A DNA stretch of 64,000 nucleotides, from the NCBI GenBank assembly GCA_959608625.1, contig CAUHQV010000004.1, positions 6,503-70,502 of the forward strand. Reading direction: 5' to 3'. Shown piece after piece: positions 10,424 to 18,569 of this stretch. Position numbers and translations under genes: made by a program. Position 1 is the stretch's first letter; the number at the start of each line of letters is the position of its first letter. The notes below the pieces were generated by a model, which was given only the letters and a program-made list of their open reading frames with translations, had not been told where the DNA came from and did not search any database. Origin of the DNA: an uncultured Flavobacteriales bacterium (GTDB taxonomy: Bacteria; Bacteroidota; Bacteroidia; Flavobacteriales; UBA1820).

Positions 10424-11219
10424 GCTGACGCAAAGGATCAAAGAACTATTCGACCGGGGCGAGATCACCTTGGCCATCGGATATGAAAAAGGCACGGACG
10501 GGCAGCCCCGGCCGATGTTCTGCCGCAATGCCCGGGATGCGGAGCGCATGGTTTTCTCCCCCGATTTCGGACAGAACCTGGCCGTATACCTTACCAAAGC
10601 GGAGCTCGTAAAAGGCGAAAAAGTGGCCGTAGCCGCAACGATACCTACCCTGCGGAGCATTTATTATCTTTTCAAAGAAAATCAGATAGGCCAGCAGGCG
10701 TTCACCATCCTGCATCTTTCGCCCAACGACGAATTCATGCATTTTCTCAAGACGGACGATATTGCTGTTTACATAGACCATATCCCCTCCGAGCCTTCAC
10801 AGGCCGACCGGGAACTCCTCGAACGGCTCGACGCCATGACGGCGGAAGAACGCTGGGCGTTCTGGCAGAACGAATTTTCCCGTTGTATCAAATGTTACGC
10901 CTGCCGGGCTGCTTGTCCGATGTGTTATTGCACGCGTTGCATTGTGGAGGACAACCGCCCGCAGTGGATCGACCCCTGGCCCTCGCCGCTCTCCAATATG
11001 GAGTGGCAGATCAGCCGCGTGATGCACCTGGCGGGGCGCTGCGTAGGCTGCGGGTCGTGCGGGGATGCTTGCCCGGAAGGTATACCGGTACACCTGCTCA
11101 ACCGGAAGCTTCTGGGAAATATTGCCGCCGAATTCGGGGCCGTCCCGGGCGCTGCCCCCAAGGAAGGGGCCGTCCTCAATACGTTCCGGGCGGACGACAA
11201 AGAGAATTTTATCCTGTGA
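10416..11219 (+). CDS. 4Fe-4S dicluster protein, FlxC-like
   Basis: Cys clusters CIKCYACRAACPMCYC and CVGCGSCGDACPEG. The position after mvhD matches Flx/Hdr operons. Confidence 0.65.
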   Translation: MDKLTQRIKELFDRGEITLAIGYEKGTDGQPRPMFCRNARDAERMVFSPDFGQNLAVYLTKAELVKGEKVAVAATIPTLRSIYYLFKENQIGQQAFTILHLSPNDEFMHFLKTDDIAVYIDHIPSEPSQADRELLERLDAMTAEERWAFWQNEFSRCIKCYACRAACPMCYCTRCIVEDNRPQWIDPWPSPLSNMEWQISRVMHLAGRCVGCGSCGDACPEGIPVHLLNRKLLGNIAAEFGAVPGAAPKEGAVLNTFRADDKENFIL

Positions 11220-11223
11220 TGCG

Positions 11224-12231
11224 ATGAAAACACTTTATATAAAGAAAGAAAATATAACCGCCTGGTTCGATGCCTTGGCTAAGGCGCACGACCGGGTACT
11301 CGCCCCGGTCCGCAAAGGCCGGGTGGTGGAGTTCGCCCCGGTGGAAAAGCTGTCGGACGTGGCGACGGATTACGTCCAGACCACCCGCAGTGCCAAGGAA
11401 GCCCTTTTTCCCCGCGCCGAAGTGCTTTTTTCGTATAAAAAAGACGGAAAGAACGTGGAGGTGGAGGATTTCGATCCGGCAGGCGTACCGACAACCCTGT
11501 TGTGGCAGGTACGTCCGTGCGATGCCGCATCGATCTTCCCCCTGGATGCCGTGTTCAACTGGGATTTCAAGGACAAACTGTACAACGCGCGCCGTGAGCG
11601 GACGGCTATTATTGCCGTAAGTTGCGCCCGGGCAGACAACAGTTGCTTTTGCACTTCGGTAGGCGGCGGCCCCGGAAATACCGCCGGCAGCGATGTGCTG
11701 CTTACGATGACCCCTGAAGGGGCTATCGCGGAGGTATCGACGGAAAAAGGGGAAAAACTCGTTTCGCTGGCTTCCGGCTTTTTTGAAGAAAGATCGGCAG
11801 AAAACAAACAAAAATACCTGGCGGATGTCCCGGCGGTGTTCGATTTGGAACAGCTCAAGGAAAAGATAGGGGCGATGTTCGATTCCCCTATCTGGAAAGA
11901 GCAGTCCGAGCGCTGCCTGGGTTGCGGGGCCTGCGCCTATGTATGCCCCACGTGCTCGTGTTTCGATATTCAGGATTGTGCCAAAGGGAGCGAGGGCAGC
12001 CGCCTGCGCTGCTGGGATTCGTGCGGTTTTGCACTTTTCACTCTCCATACCTCGGGCCACAATCCACGGCCTACGCAGGCCACGCGCTGGCGTCAGCGCC
12101 TGATGCACAAGTTCTCTTATATTCCGGAGCGGGAATCTTCGCTCGGATGTACCGGATGCGGCCGTTGTTCGCGCGCCTGTCCGGTGGACATGAATCTCAA
12201 GGAACACCTTATCTCCATTACCCTGAAATAA
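11224..12231 (+). CDS. 4Fe-4S protein, AsrA / sulfhydrogenase-beta / FlxB-like
   Basis: Cys clusters CLGCGACAYVCPTCSCFD and CTGCGRCSRACPVD. I take the ATG at 11224 as the start, 5 nt after the previous stop; the longer 11065 ORF overlaps the upstream gene. Confidence 0.7.
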   Translation: MKTLYIKKENITAWFDALAKAHDRVLAPVRKGRVVEFAPVEKLSDVATDYVQTTRSAKEALFPRAEVLFSYKKDGKNVEVEDFDPAGVPTTLLWQVRPCDAASIFPLDAVFNWDFKDKLYNARRERTAIIAVSCARADNSCFCTSVGGGPGNTAGSDVLLTMTPEGAIAEVSTEKGEKLVSLASGFFEERSAENKQKYLADVPAVFDLEQLKEKIGAMFDSPIWKEQSERCLGCGACAYVCPTCSCFDIQDCAKGSEGSRLRCWDSCGFALFTLHTSGHNPRPTQATRWRQRLMHKFSYIPERESSLGCTGCGRCSRACPVDMNLKEHLISITLK

Positions 12232-13076
12232 TGATGAACGACGATAAGAACATTTACCTGCCATACCGGATGACTATCGAGAAAATCGTCCGCGAAGCAC
12301 CCGGGGTGCGGACGTTCCGCCTCCGTTTCCAGAACGAAGAGGAAGCGGCGGCTTTTTCCTTCCGGGCCGGCCAATTCGGCGAATACTCCGTATTCGGGGA
12401 AGGCGAATCGACTTTCTGTATCGCTTCTTCTCCCACACGCAAAGGATATATCGAATGTACGTTCCGGCAGGCCGGGCGCGTGACTACCGCATTGGCGAAA
12501 AAGGAAGAAGGGGATACGATCGGTTTCCGCGGGCCGTTCGGCAACGTTTTCCCGATGGATGGGTGGGCCGGGAAGAACCTGCTGTTCATTGCCGGGGGTA
12601 TCGCCCTGCCGCCGATGCGGTGCGTGATATGGAATGCGCTGGACGAGCGGGAGAAATACGGGAACGTGACGATTGTTTACGGAGCCAAAACCCCGAACGA
12701 CCTGGTCTATAAACACGAGTTGAAAGAATGGGCCGAGCGCCCCGATGTGAACCTTATCACCACGGTCGACCCGGGCGGGGAAACGCCCGATTGGACAGGG
12801 AAGGTCGGTTTCGTACCCGACGTGGTAGCGGCGGCCGGGCTGTCGTCCGAAAACACGGTGGCTGTCGTCTGCGGGCCGCCGGTGATGATCAAGTTTACGC
12901 TGCCCAAACTCCAGGCTATCGGCTTTTCCGACGGAAATATCTTTACCACCCTCGAAAACCGCATGAAATGCGGGGTGGGTAAGTGTGGCCGTTGCAACGT
13001 AGGCAAGATGTACGTATGCAAGGACGGTCCGGTATTTTCCCAAGCCCAGCTTCGGGACATGCCACCGGAATATTAA
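12231..13076 (+). CDS. FAD/NAD(P)H-binding oxidoreductase with C-terminal [2Fe-2S], FlxA / AsrB / sulfhydrogenase-gamma-like
   Basis: Ferredoxin-reductase-type FAD domain (FRAGQFGEYSVFG), NAD-binding LLFIAGGIALPP and a C-terminal CGVGKCGRCNVG cluster. The start overlaps the previous stop (TAATG at 12229-12233). Confidence 0.8.
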   Translation: MMNDDKNIYLPYRMTIEKIVREAPGVRTFRLRFQNEEEAAAFSFRAGQFGEYSVFGEGESTFCIASSPTRKGYIECTFRQAGRVTTALAKKEEGDTIGFRGPFGNVFPMDGWAGKNLLFIAGGIALPPMRCVIWNALDEREKYGNVTIVYGAKTPNDLVYKHELKEWAERPDVNLITTVDPGGETPDWTGKVGFVPDVVAAAGLSSENTVAVVCGPPVMIKFTLPKLQAIGFSDGNIFTTLENRMKCGVGKCGRCNVGKMYVCKDGPVFSQAQLRDMPPEY

Positions 13077-13332
13077 CGGGATTTACGGCATGTTCTAATG
13101 GAAAAAAAAGAACATGTGACGGCACCCATCCGATGAATAGAATATTTTTGACCGAATTCCTCCACTTTCTGTGGGGGAATTATTCTTTTTATTCTTGATT
13201 TTGACTTAAAATTTGTAATATTGTTCGTGATCTTTGTGGGTGTTTTTTTACTAATATTTAACTGGAATATTTTGTCTCTCCGAATGGATGACCATTAAGG
13301 GGAAAACAGATAGGTCATATTTTGCCAACTAA

Positions 13333-13406
13333 AAAACACAATTGTCATGAAAAAATTATTGTTTTTCTCCACGTTCATCCTGGCCTGCATGGTATCGTGC
13401 CAGAAA
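13333..13406 (+). repeat. left copy of a 74-nt inverted repeat (5'UTR plus first 20 codons of a lipoprotein gene)
   Basis: aaaacacaattgtcATGaaaaaattattgtttttctccacGttcatcctggcctgCAtggtatcgtgccagaaa. By hand alignment, 71 of 74 nt match the reverse complement of 19548-19621. Confidence 0.85.
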
Positions 13407-14096
13407 TCCGACACCCTGTCGGAAACTCCCGATGTGACCGCAAAAAATGCTATCAATAACATTCCTTACAATTACCTGTCTATGGATACGAACGGAGGAG
13501 GTACTGTCTCCGCTTCTTCGGACAATTTTTACGTAGGGATCCCCGTCACTCTTACTGCTACCCCGTCTTCTGATTACGAATTCGACCATTGGACTGTAAA
13601 TCACCAGATTTCATCTTTTGATCAGGCAGTCACCGTAATCCCTGAAGCCAATAAAATCCTTGACTATATAGCCATATTCAGGCCAAAGAATCCTGCTTCC
13701 CAAGGTATTTCAATGCTTACGTTTCATAACCTTGTCCCTGACTCACAGTTCCGCAACGAATGTGAAATTCAATATATAGGACCCGGCGGCCGGGGGTACA
13801 TTGAACGCCTGGATATAGGATGCGGGGGGAGAATTCTGAGATTCCCGGTACAGACCGGCTCGCAAGGAGTGACTATTTGCATACAATTGGAAAGTATAAA
13901 CGATCCTTTGTACTATTGCGTTGTTGCGTATTCCTCGTTTGATGACCATGGAGGTTTGGATCTAAGCCTTCGCGGGAGGGAAACAAGTTCGTTGATTTAC
14001 CTGGGGCGTGATAACCAGATTTCCGGAGATATGACAGTCACCTTGCGCGCAGAAATGTACGATTTCAGAGATTCAGACTCGGGTGGCGATAATTAG
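13347..14096 (+). CDS. surface lipoprotein with InlB B-repeat-like (Listeria-Bacteroides repeat-like) module
   Basis: Lipoprotein signal peptide MKKLLFFSTFILACMVSC with a lipobox Cys. The GGGTVSAS...VTLTATPSSDYEFDHWTVN pattern resembles divergent InlB B-repeats. It is a paralogue of 18570-19607. Confidence 0.65.
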   Translation: MKKLLFFSTFILACMVSCQKSDTLSETPDVTAKNAINNIPYNYLSMDTNGGGTVSASSDNFYVGIPVTLTATPSSDYEFDHWTVNHQISSFDQAVTVIPEANKILDYIAIFRPKNPASQGISMLTFHNLVPDSQFRNECEIQYIGPGGRGYIERLDIGCGGRILRFPVQTGSQGVTICIQLESINDPLYYCVVAYSSFDDHGGLDLSLRGRETSSLIYLGRDNQISGDMTVTLRAEMYDFRDSDSGGDN

Positions 14097-14107
14097 ACCG
14101 AATAACA

Positions 14108-14158
14108 ATCCTTCCTGAAAAATCCCGGGGCATTGCCCCGGGATTTTTCAGGAAGGAT
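14108..14158. terminator. perfect 24-bp-stem hairpin (3-nt loop) between convergent genes; probable bidirectional terminator
   Basis: atccttcctgaaaaatcccggggc att gccccgggatttttcaggaaggat. Confidence 0.55.
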
Positions 14159-14292
14159 CCACCATGTCCGACCAGGGCGTCCTTCAATCCCTCTACATAG
14201 AGAGTTCATGTATAGGATACGTTATGTCAATAAGGCTGTTGTTTAAGTGTCGGCATAGAATCTGTTATCGGGATTGCGGAAATGGTTCCCTA

Positions 14293-14748
14293 TCAATATC
14301 GTTTGTCACGCACCACGTCTACCGGTACTAAGGGCTTTTCTGTCGACAATCTGGCGAATGCCCCCCAAGGCGCATAAATGACGCTGGCTACGAAAAACTG
14401 TTTTTCTTCCAGGGAGATTATCTCCTCTCCGATACGAGGCACCGAGGGCAGGGAAAGGGTAAAAGTTGTTTGGCCTTCCATAAAACAATCCACGTTCACT
14501 AGCTTCGGATTGGTACTGAGCATCAGTACCGGGGTCGGTTGCTGGTCATAGGCGATGCATTTTACGTAATTCACGCGTGTGTACGGGTCCATGTTCCATT
14601 CCTTGATCTTTTTATCGGCCATCCTCTTCAGTTCCGGGGTCATCAACAGGGTCTCGCCGATACGGGGCAGGGCTCCCAATTGCATAGGAATCACTTCTGC
14701 GTCTTTCAAGGTTTCGTAAATACCGACGGTCACTCTTACGTCTATCAT
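14293..14748 (-). CDS. hypothetical protein with internal duplication (two PRIGE-containing modules)
   Basis: 151-aa ORF with no overlapping better candidate. LGALPRIGETLL and LPSVPRIGEEII recur about 70 aa apart. No family recognised. Confidence 0.5.
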   Translation of the reverse strand: MIDVRVTVGIYETLKDAEVIPMQLGALPRIGETLLMTPELKRMADKKIKEWNMDPYTRVNYVKCIAYDQQPTPVLMLSTNPKLVNVDCFMEGQTTFTLSLPSVPRIGEEIISLEEKQFFVASVIYAPWGAFARLSTEKPLVPVDVVRDKRY

Positions 14749-14843
14749 GGGATGCGTTTTGTTGTGTTTATTTTGTCTGCCTAAAGTAGGGATTTTTTGA
14801 CTTCAATACCTTTCCGGATCGTTTTATTTTGGGTGGATTCCAT

Positions 14844-14874
14844 GAAAAAACGCCCGCTTCAGCGGGCGTTTTTA
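14844..14874. terminator. intrinsic terminator downstream of the DUF5606-def operon
   Basis: aaaaaacgcccgc ttca gcgggcgttttt, a GC stem with A and T runs on both sides. Confidence 0.6.
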
Positions 14875-14891
14875 TTGTTCTTCAAAAAGGA

Positions 14892-15323
14892 CTATTCGGC
14901 CTTTTCTTCAGTGGTTTCCGGATCCTCGTCCTCTTTTTCCTTGGACACCATTCCGGCTGCCTGCAGGAGATTGTACCAGTGGAACAGTTTGCGGATATGC
15001 GAAGCGTATACGCGCTCCCGGTCGTAATCGGGCACGATAGCCTCGAAGTATTCTTTCAACTGGTCATCGGAAGTAGTTTTCGCATCCAGGGCCTGGCCGT
15101 TATCCTGCTTTTCGGCGATACGGCGCATGATCTCCCGCAGGGGAAGCTCCTCGGTTTGGGTGTACATCGAGATGTCGTCCAACGAACTCATGGTCGAAGT
15201 CAGGGAAGCCATGGTGCGCTTGCCGTGCTGAACGGTTTCGACGATCACACCGCCTTTGGTGTGGGAAAGGATCTTGAAAAGCCCCGGTTTGCCCGAAATG
15301 GCAATGATACCTTTTAATTTCAT
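14892..15323 (-). CDS. DUF5606 domain-containing protein
   Basis: The N-terminus MKLKGIIAISGKPGLFKILS matches my recollection of the Bacteroidota DUF5606 family, which sits next to def. Confidence 0.65.
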   Translation of the reverse strand: MKLKGIIAISGKPGLFKILSHTKGGVIVETVQHGKRTMASLTSTMSSLDDISMYTQTEELPLREIMRRIAEKQDNGQALDAKTTSDDQLKEYFEAIVPDYDRERVYASHIRKLFHWYNLLQAAGMVSKEKEDEDPETTEEKAE

Positions 15324-15362
15324 TTTCTTGTGAAGTGTAATTTATCTTTTCGATTGATTGTG

Positions 15363-15944
15363 TTATTTGCGGTTGGGAAAACGCATCGGATAGGAAGCGT
15401 TGGTATGCCCTTGGGAAATGTTTTGAAGGCGTTTCTGGATCATCCGTTTAGTGAGCGGGGAGAGGTGATCGGTAAATACCACCCCTTCCAGATGGTCGAA
15501 CTCGTGCTGGAATATCCGCGCCGCCCGACCCGAAAGCGACACTTCGTGTTCGTTCCACTGCTTGTCGAAATATTTTACACGCACGTTCTCCGGACGGAAC
15601 ACTTTTTCATGGATGCCGGGGATGCTCAGGCAGCCTTCTTCGAAGCCCCATTTATCGCCCCATTCCTCCAGCACTTCGGGATTGACGAATTCCTGGCGGA
15701 ATGTTTTTAGAAAGTTCCGCTCTTCCTTCGGGATTTCTTCGTAGTCGGCAAATGGAGAGCCGTCCACGACGATCACCCGGATCGAGTGCCCTATCTGGGG
15801 GGCAGCCAGCCCGACCCCGTCTGCCGAGTCCATCGTCTCGAACATATCCTGTACCAGTTTATCCAGTTCGGGGTATTCTTTTTCTATTTCTTCGGCCCTT
15901 TTTTTGAGGATGGGTTCCCCGTAGGCCAGTATCGGTAATATCAT
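15363..15944 (-). CDS. def: peptide deformylase
   Basis: All three PDF motifs are present: GVGLAAPQIG, EGCLSIPG and QHEFDHLEG. Confidence 0.95.
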   Translation of the reverse strand: MILPILAYGEPILKKRAEEIEKEYPELDKLVQDMFETMDSADGVGLAAPQIGHSIRVIVVDGSPFADYEEIPKEERNFLKTFRQEFVNPEVLEEWGDKWGFEEGCLSIPGIHEKVFRPENVRVKYFDKQWNEHEVSLSGRAARIFQHEFDHLEGVVFTDHLSPLTKRMIQKRLQNISQGHTNASYPMRFPNRK

Positions 15945-15986
15945 ATCGGTTCTGTTTTATCCGTTTTTTCAATTCTTTTGCGGCCG

Positions 15987-16412
15987 CTACCTCCGCCCGC
16001 GGGATTCCATATAGTCCCGCAGGATGATCGCGGCGCTGGTACGGTCCAATGCGCCTTTTTCCTGCCGTTTGCCTTTCGGGGCTCCCGAGGTGAACATATC
16101 GCGGGCCGCGATTTTTGAGGTAAACCGCTCGTCATATCTCTCGACAGGAATTCCGGGCAGGGCAGCGCCCAATTGTGCGACGAACGCGAGGATGTCCGCC
16201 TCGATCTCTACCGGAGCCTCCGCAGAATAGGTATGCCGGGGTTGTCCCACCACGATAGTATCTACCGGATTCTCCGCACAGTATTCTTTCAGGAAAACCA
16301 GGGTTTCTTCCGGGCTGAGGGTACACAGGGGCGAGGCGATGATCTGCAACTCGTCGCTTACTGCAACGCCCACCCGTCTGCGTCCATAGTCTATTCCTAT
16401 CAGTTTTCCCAT
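15987..16412 (-). CDS. ruvX: Holliday junction resolvase-like RuvX/YqgF
   Basis: N-terminal IGIDYGRRRVGVAVSD, length 141 aa. Confidence 0.9.
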   Translation of the reverse strand: MGKLIGIDYGRRRVGVAVSDELQIIASPLCTLSPEETLVFLKEYCAENPVDTIVVGQPRHTYSAEAPVEIEADILAFVAQLGAALPGIPVERYDERFTSKIAARDMFTSGAPKGKRQEKGALDRTSAAIILRDYMESRGRR

Positions 16413-16433
16413 CGGGATGCAAAATTAGTGTTT

Positions 16434-17045
16434 TTACGCCCGCGCGGCAAATGTTTTGAGACGAGCGTACAATTGCGCCGTTGGCAGGCCGACTACATTG
16501 TGGTACGGGCCTTCGATGCTCGTGATGCTGGTTTCCCCGATCCATTCCTGGATGGCGTAAGCCCCCGCCTTGTCCAGCGGAGAGAACCGTTCGACGTAAT
16601 ACCGGATATCGTCTTCGTCCATTTCGGCAAACGTGACTTTTGTCATACTGCTGAATGTTTCCTCGCCTTGTGCCCCGCGGATAGTCACCCCGGTGATCAC
16701 TTCGTGCGTGCGTCCGGAGAGTATCCGGAGCATCTCGACAGCCTCTGAGGCATCTTTCGGTTTGCCCAGGGCCGTCCCGTTCGCCCATACGATCGTATCG
16801 GCTCCTACGACGATCTCTATGTCGGATCGCAGGCCAGCCGCCCGGGCTTTTACCCGGCTGAGGAATTTTACGATATCCTCTCCCTGAAGGGCAGAAGGAT
16901 AGGTTTCGTCCACATCGCCACCCCGCGCGACGAACGGAACGCCGAGTTTTTCAAAGAATTCGATGCGCCGGGGCGACGACGAAGCCAATACCAGCGTTTT
17001 CCCTTCCAATGCCCGGGCCAGGCTGTTTTTTTCTATCCCGTTCAT
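16434..17045 (-). CDS. maf: Maf-like nucleoside triphosphate pyrophosphatase
   Basis: LVLASSSPRR, GADTIV and GAYAIQ motifs of the Maf family. Confidence 0.9.
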   Translation of the reverse strand: MNGIEKNSLARALEGKTLVLASSSPRRIEFFEKLGVPFVARGGDVDETYPSALQGEDIVKFLSRVKARAAGLRSDIEIVVGADTIVWANGTALGKPKDASEAVEMLRILSGRTHEVITGVTIRGAQGEETFSSMTKVTFAEMDEDDIRYYVERFSPLDKAGAYAIQEWIGETSITSIEGPYHNVVGLPTAQLYARLKTFAARA

Positions 17046-17052
17046 CTTTCGT

Positions 17053-17601
17053 TCAGGCGTTGAATCCGTCGAAATTTTCCTCGTGCCATTTTCCCTGCGC
17101 TTTGAGTACCTGCTCGATCACGTCGCGCACGCAACCTTCGCCGCCTTTATAAGGCGAAACGTATTTGGACACGGCCAGTACATCCATGCAGGCATCCGAA
17201 GGGCAGCAGGGAAGCCCTACGGCTTTCATCGGGGCGATGTCCGGCACGTCGTCGCCCATGTAGAGCATATCGGCCGGCGCGATGCCGTAGCCGTCGCAGT
17301 ATTCCCGGAGTTTTTCGAGCTTCGAGGTCGCGTTGAGCACGATGTCGTGGATGCCCAGCCGGTTGAAGCGGGTAAGGATCGAGTCTTCTTTGCCCCCGGT
17401 GATGATAATGATCCGGTAGCCGCGTTTGGCGGCCAGCTGCATGGCATAGCCATCCTTTACGTTCATCTTGCGCACGAATTCCCCCGTAGGGAATACCGTG
17501 ACAGATCCGTCGGTCATCACCCCGTCCACATCGAAGACAAAAGCCTTGATGCGACCGAGTATCTCTTTGTAGTTTTCCGTATCCATAGCCGTGTTTTTCA
17601 T
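17053..17601 (-). CDS. kdsC: 3-deoxy-D-manno-octulosonate 8-phosphate phosphatase (HAD superfamily)
   Basis: HAD motif I FVFDVDGVMTDG and GDDVPD motif; KdsC-sized at 182 aa. Confidence 0.8.
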   Translation of the reverse strand: MKNTAMDTENYKEILGRIKAFVFDVDGVMTDGSVTVFPTGEFVRKMNVKDGYAMQLAAKRGYRIIIITGGKEDSILTRFNRLGIHDIVLNATSKLEKLREYCDGYGIAPADMLYMGDDVPDIAPMKAVGLPCCPSDACMDVLAVSKYVSPYKGGEGCVRDVIEQVLKAQGKWHEENFDGFNA

Positions 17602-17664
17602 TTCACAAAAATACGCATAAAACGGCGAACTTTAATACATTTGCAGCAAATACCCTCTCGGAAC

Positions 17665-18498
17665 ATGTATACGATAAAAGCTGTCACAGGCCCCACGGCC
17701 GGCGGGAAGACCGCCCTTGCGATCCGTATCGCCCAGGATACCGATGCGGAGATCGTATCGTTCGATTCCCGCCAGTTCTATCGGGGCATGGATATCGGCA
17801 CGGCCAAACCGACGGCGGAGGAACTTTCCGCTGTTCCCCATCATTTCATCGGGCACTTGCCGGTGGAGGCCGAATATTCGGTCGGGGATTATGAAAAGGA
17901 TGCGCTGGAGAAGATCGAAGAGATCCGTTCCCGGGGAAAGAACGTGGTAATGGTCGGCGGGTCCGGCCTTTACCTGCAGGCGGTGGAGCACGGAATAGAC
18001 CGTTTTCCGGAAGTGCCGCCGGAGATCCGCCGGCAACTAGGGCGGACGTTCGCCGAAAACGGGCTGCCGAAATTACAGGCTTTGCTCCGGGAGCGGGATC
18101 CCGAATATTACGGTATGGTAGATACTAAAAATCCCCGCCGGCTGATGCGGGCACTGGAAGTATGTGTGGCTTCCGGGAGGCCTTATTCTTCTTTTCTGGG
18201 CAGCGGCCGGACGGGGCGTCCTTTCCGGGTGGAAAAGATACTCGTCGAACTGCCCCGGGAAGAGCTCTACCGGCGTATCGACGAAAGAGTAGACCGGATG
18301 GTCGCAGACGGATTGGTCGCCGAAGTGGAATCCCTTCTGCCGTACCGGGCCTGTAACGCGATGCAAAGCGTCGGATACCGCGAATTCTTCGATTATTTCG
18401 AGGGAAATATTACCTTGGAAGATGCCGTTGCTTTGGTGAAACAGCATACCCGGAACTATGCCAAACGGCAGGTCACTTGGTTCGCCCATCAGAAGTAA
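17665..18498 (+). CDS. miaA: tRNA dimethylallyltransferase
   Basis: P-loop GPTAGGKTALAI, DSRQFYRGMDIGTAKP and RNYAKRQVTWF. The start is placed at the ATG at 17665; the 16963 ORF extension is antisense to kdsC. Confidence 0.9.
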   Translation: MYTIKAVTGPTAGGKTALAIRIAQDTDAEIVSFDSRQFYRGMDIGTAKPTAEELSAVPHHFIGHLPVEAEYSVGDYEKDALEKIEEIRSRGKNVVMVGGSGLYLQAVEHGIDRFPEVPPEIRRQLGRTFAENGLPKLQALLRERDPEYYGMVDTKNPRRLMRALEVCVASGRPYSSFLGSGRTGRPFRVEKILVELPREELYRRIDERVDRMVADGLVAEVESLLPYRACNAMQSVGYREFFDYFEGNITLEDAVALVKQHTRNYAKRQVTWFAHQK

Positions 18499-18569
18499 GA
18501 TCCCGATTATAGAATAAGGGCCCGTATTCACGGACCCTTTTTTAAGGTATAACGCGGCAGAAGAGTAGT

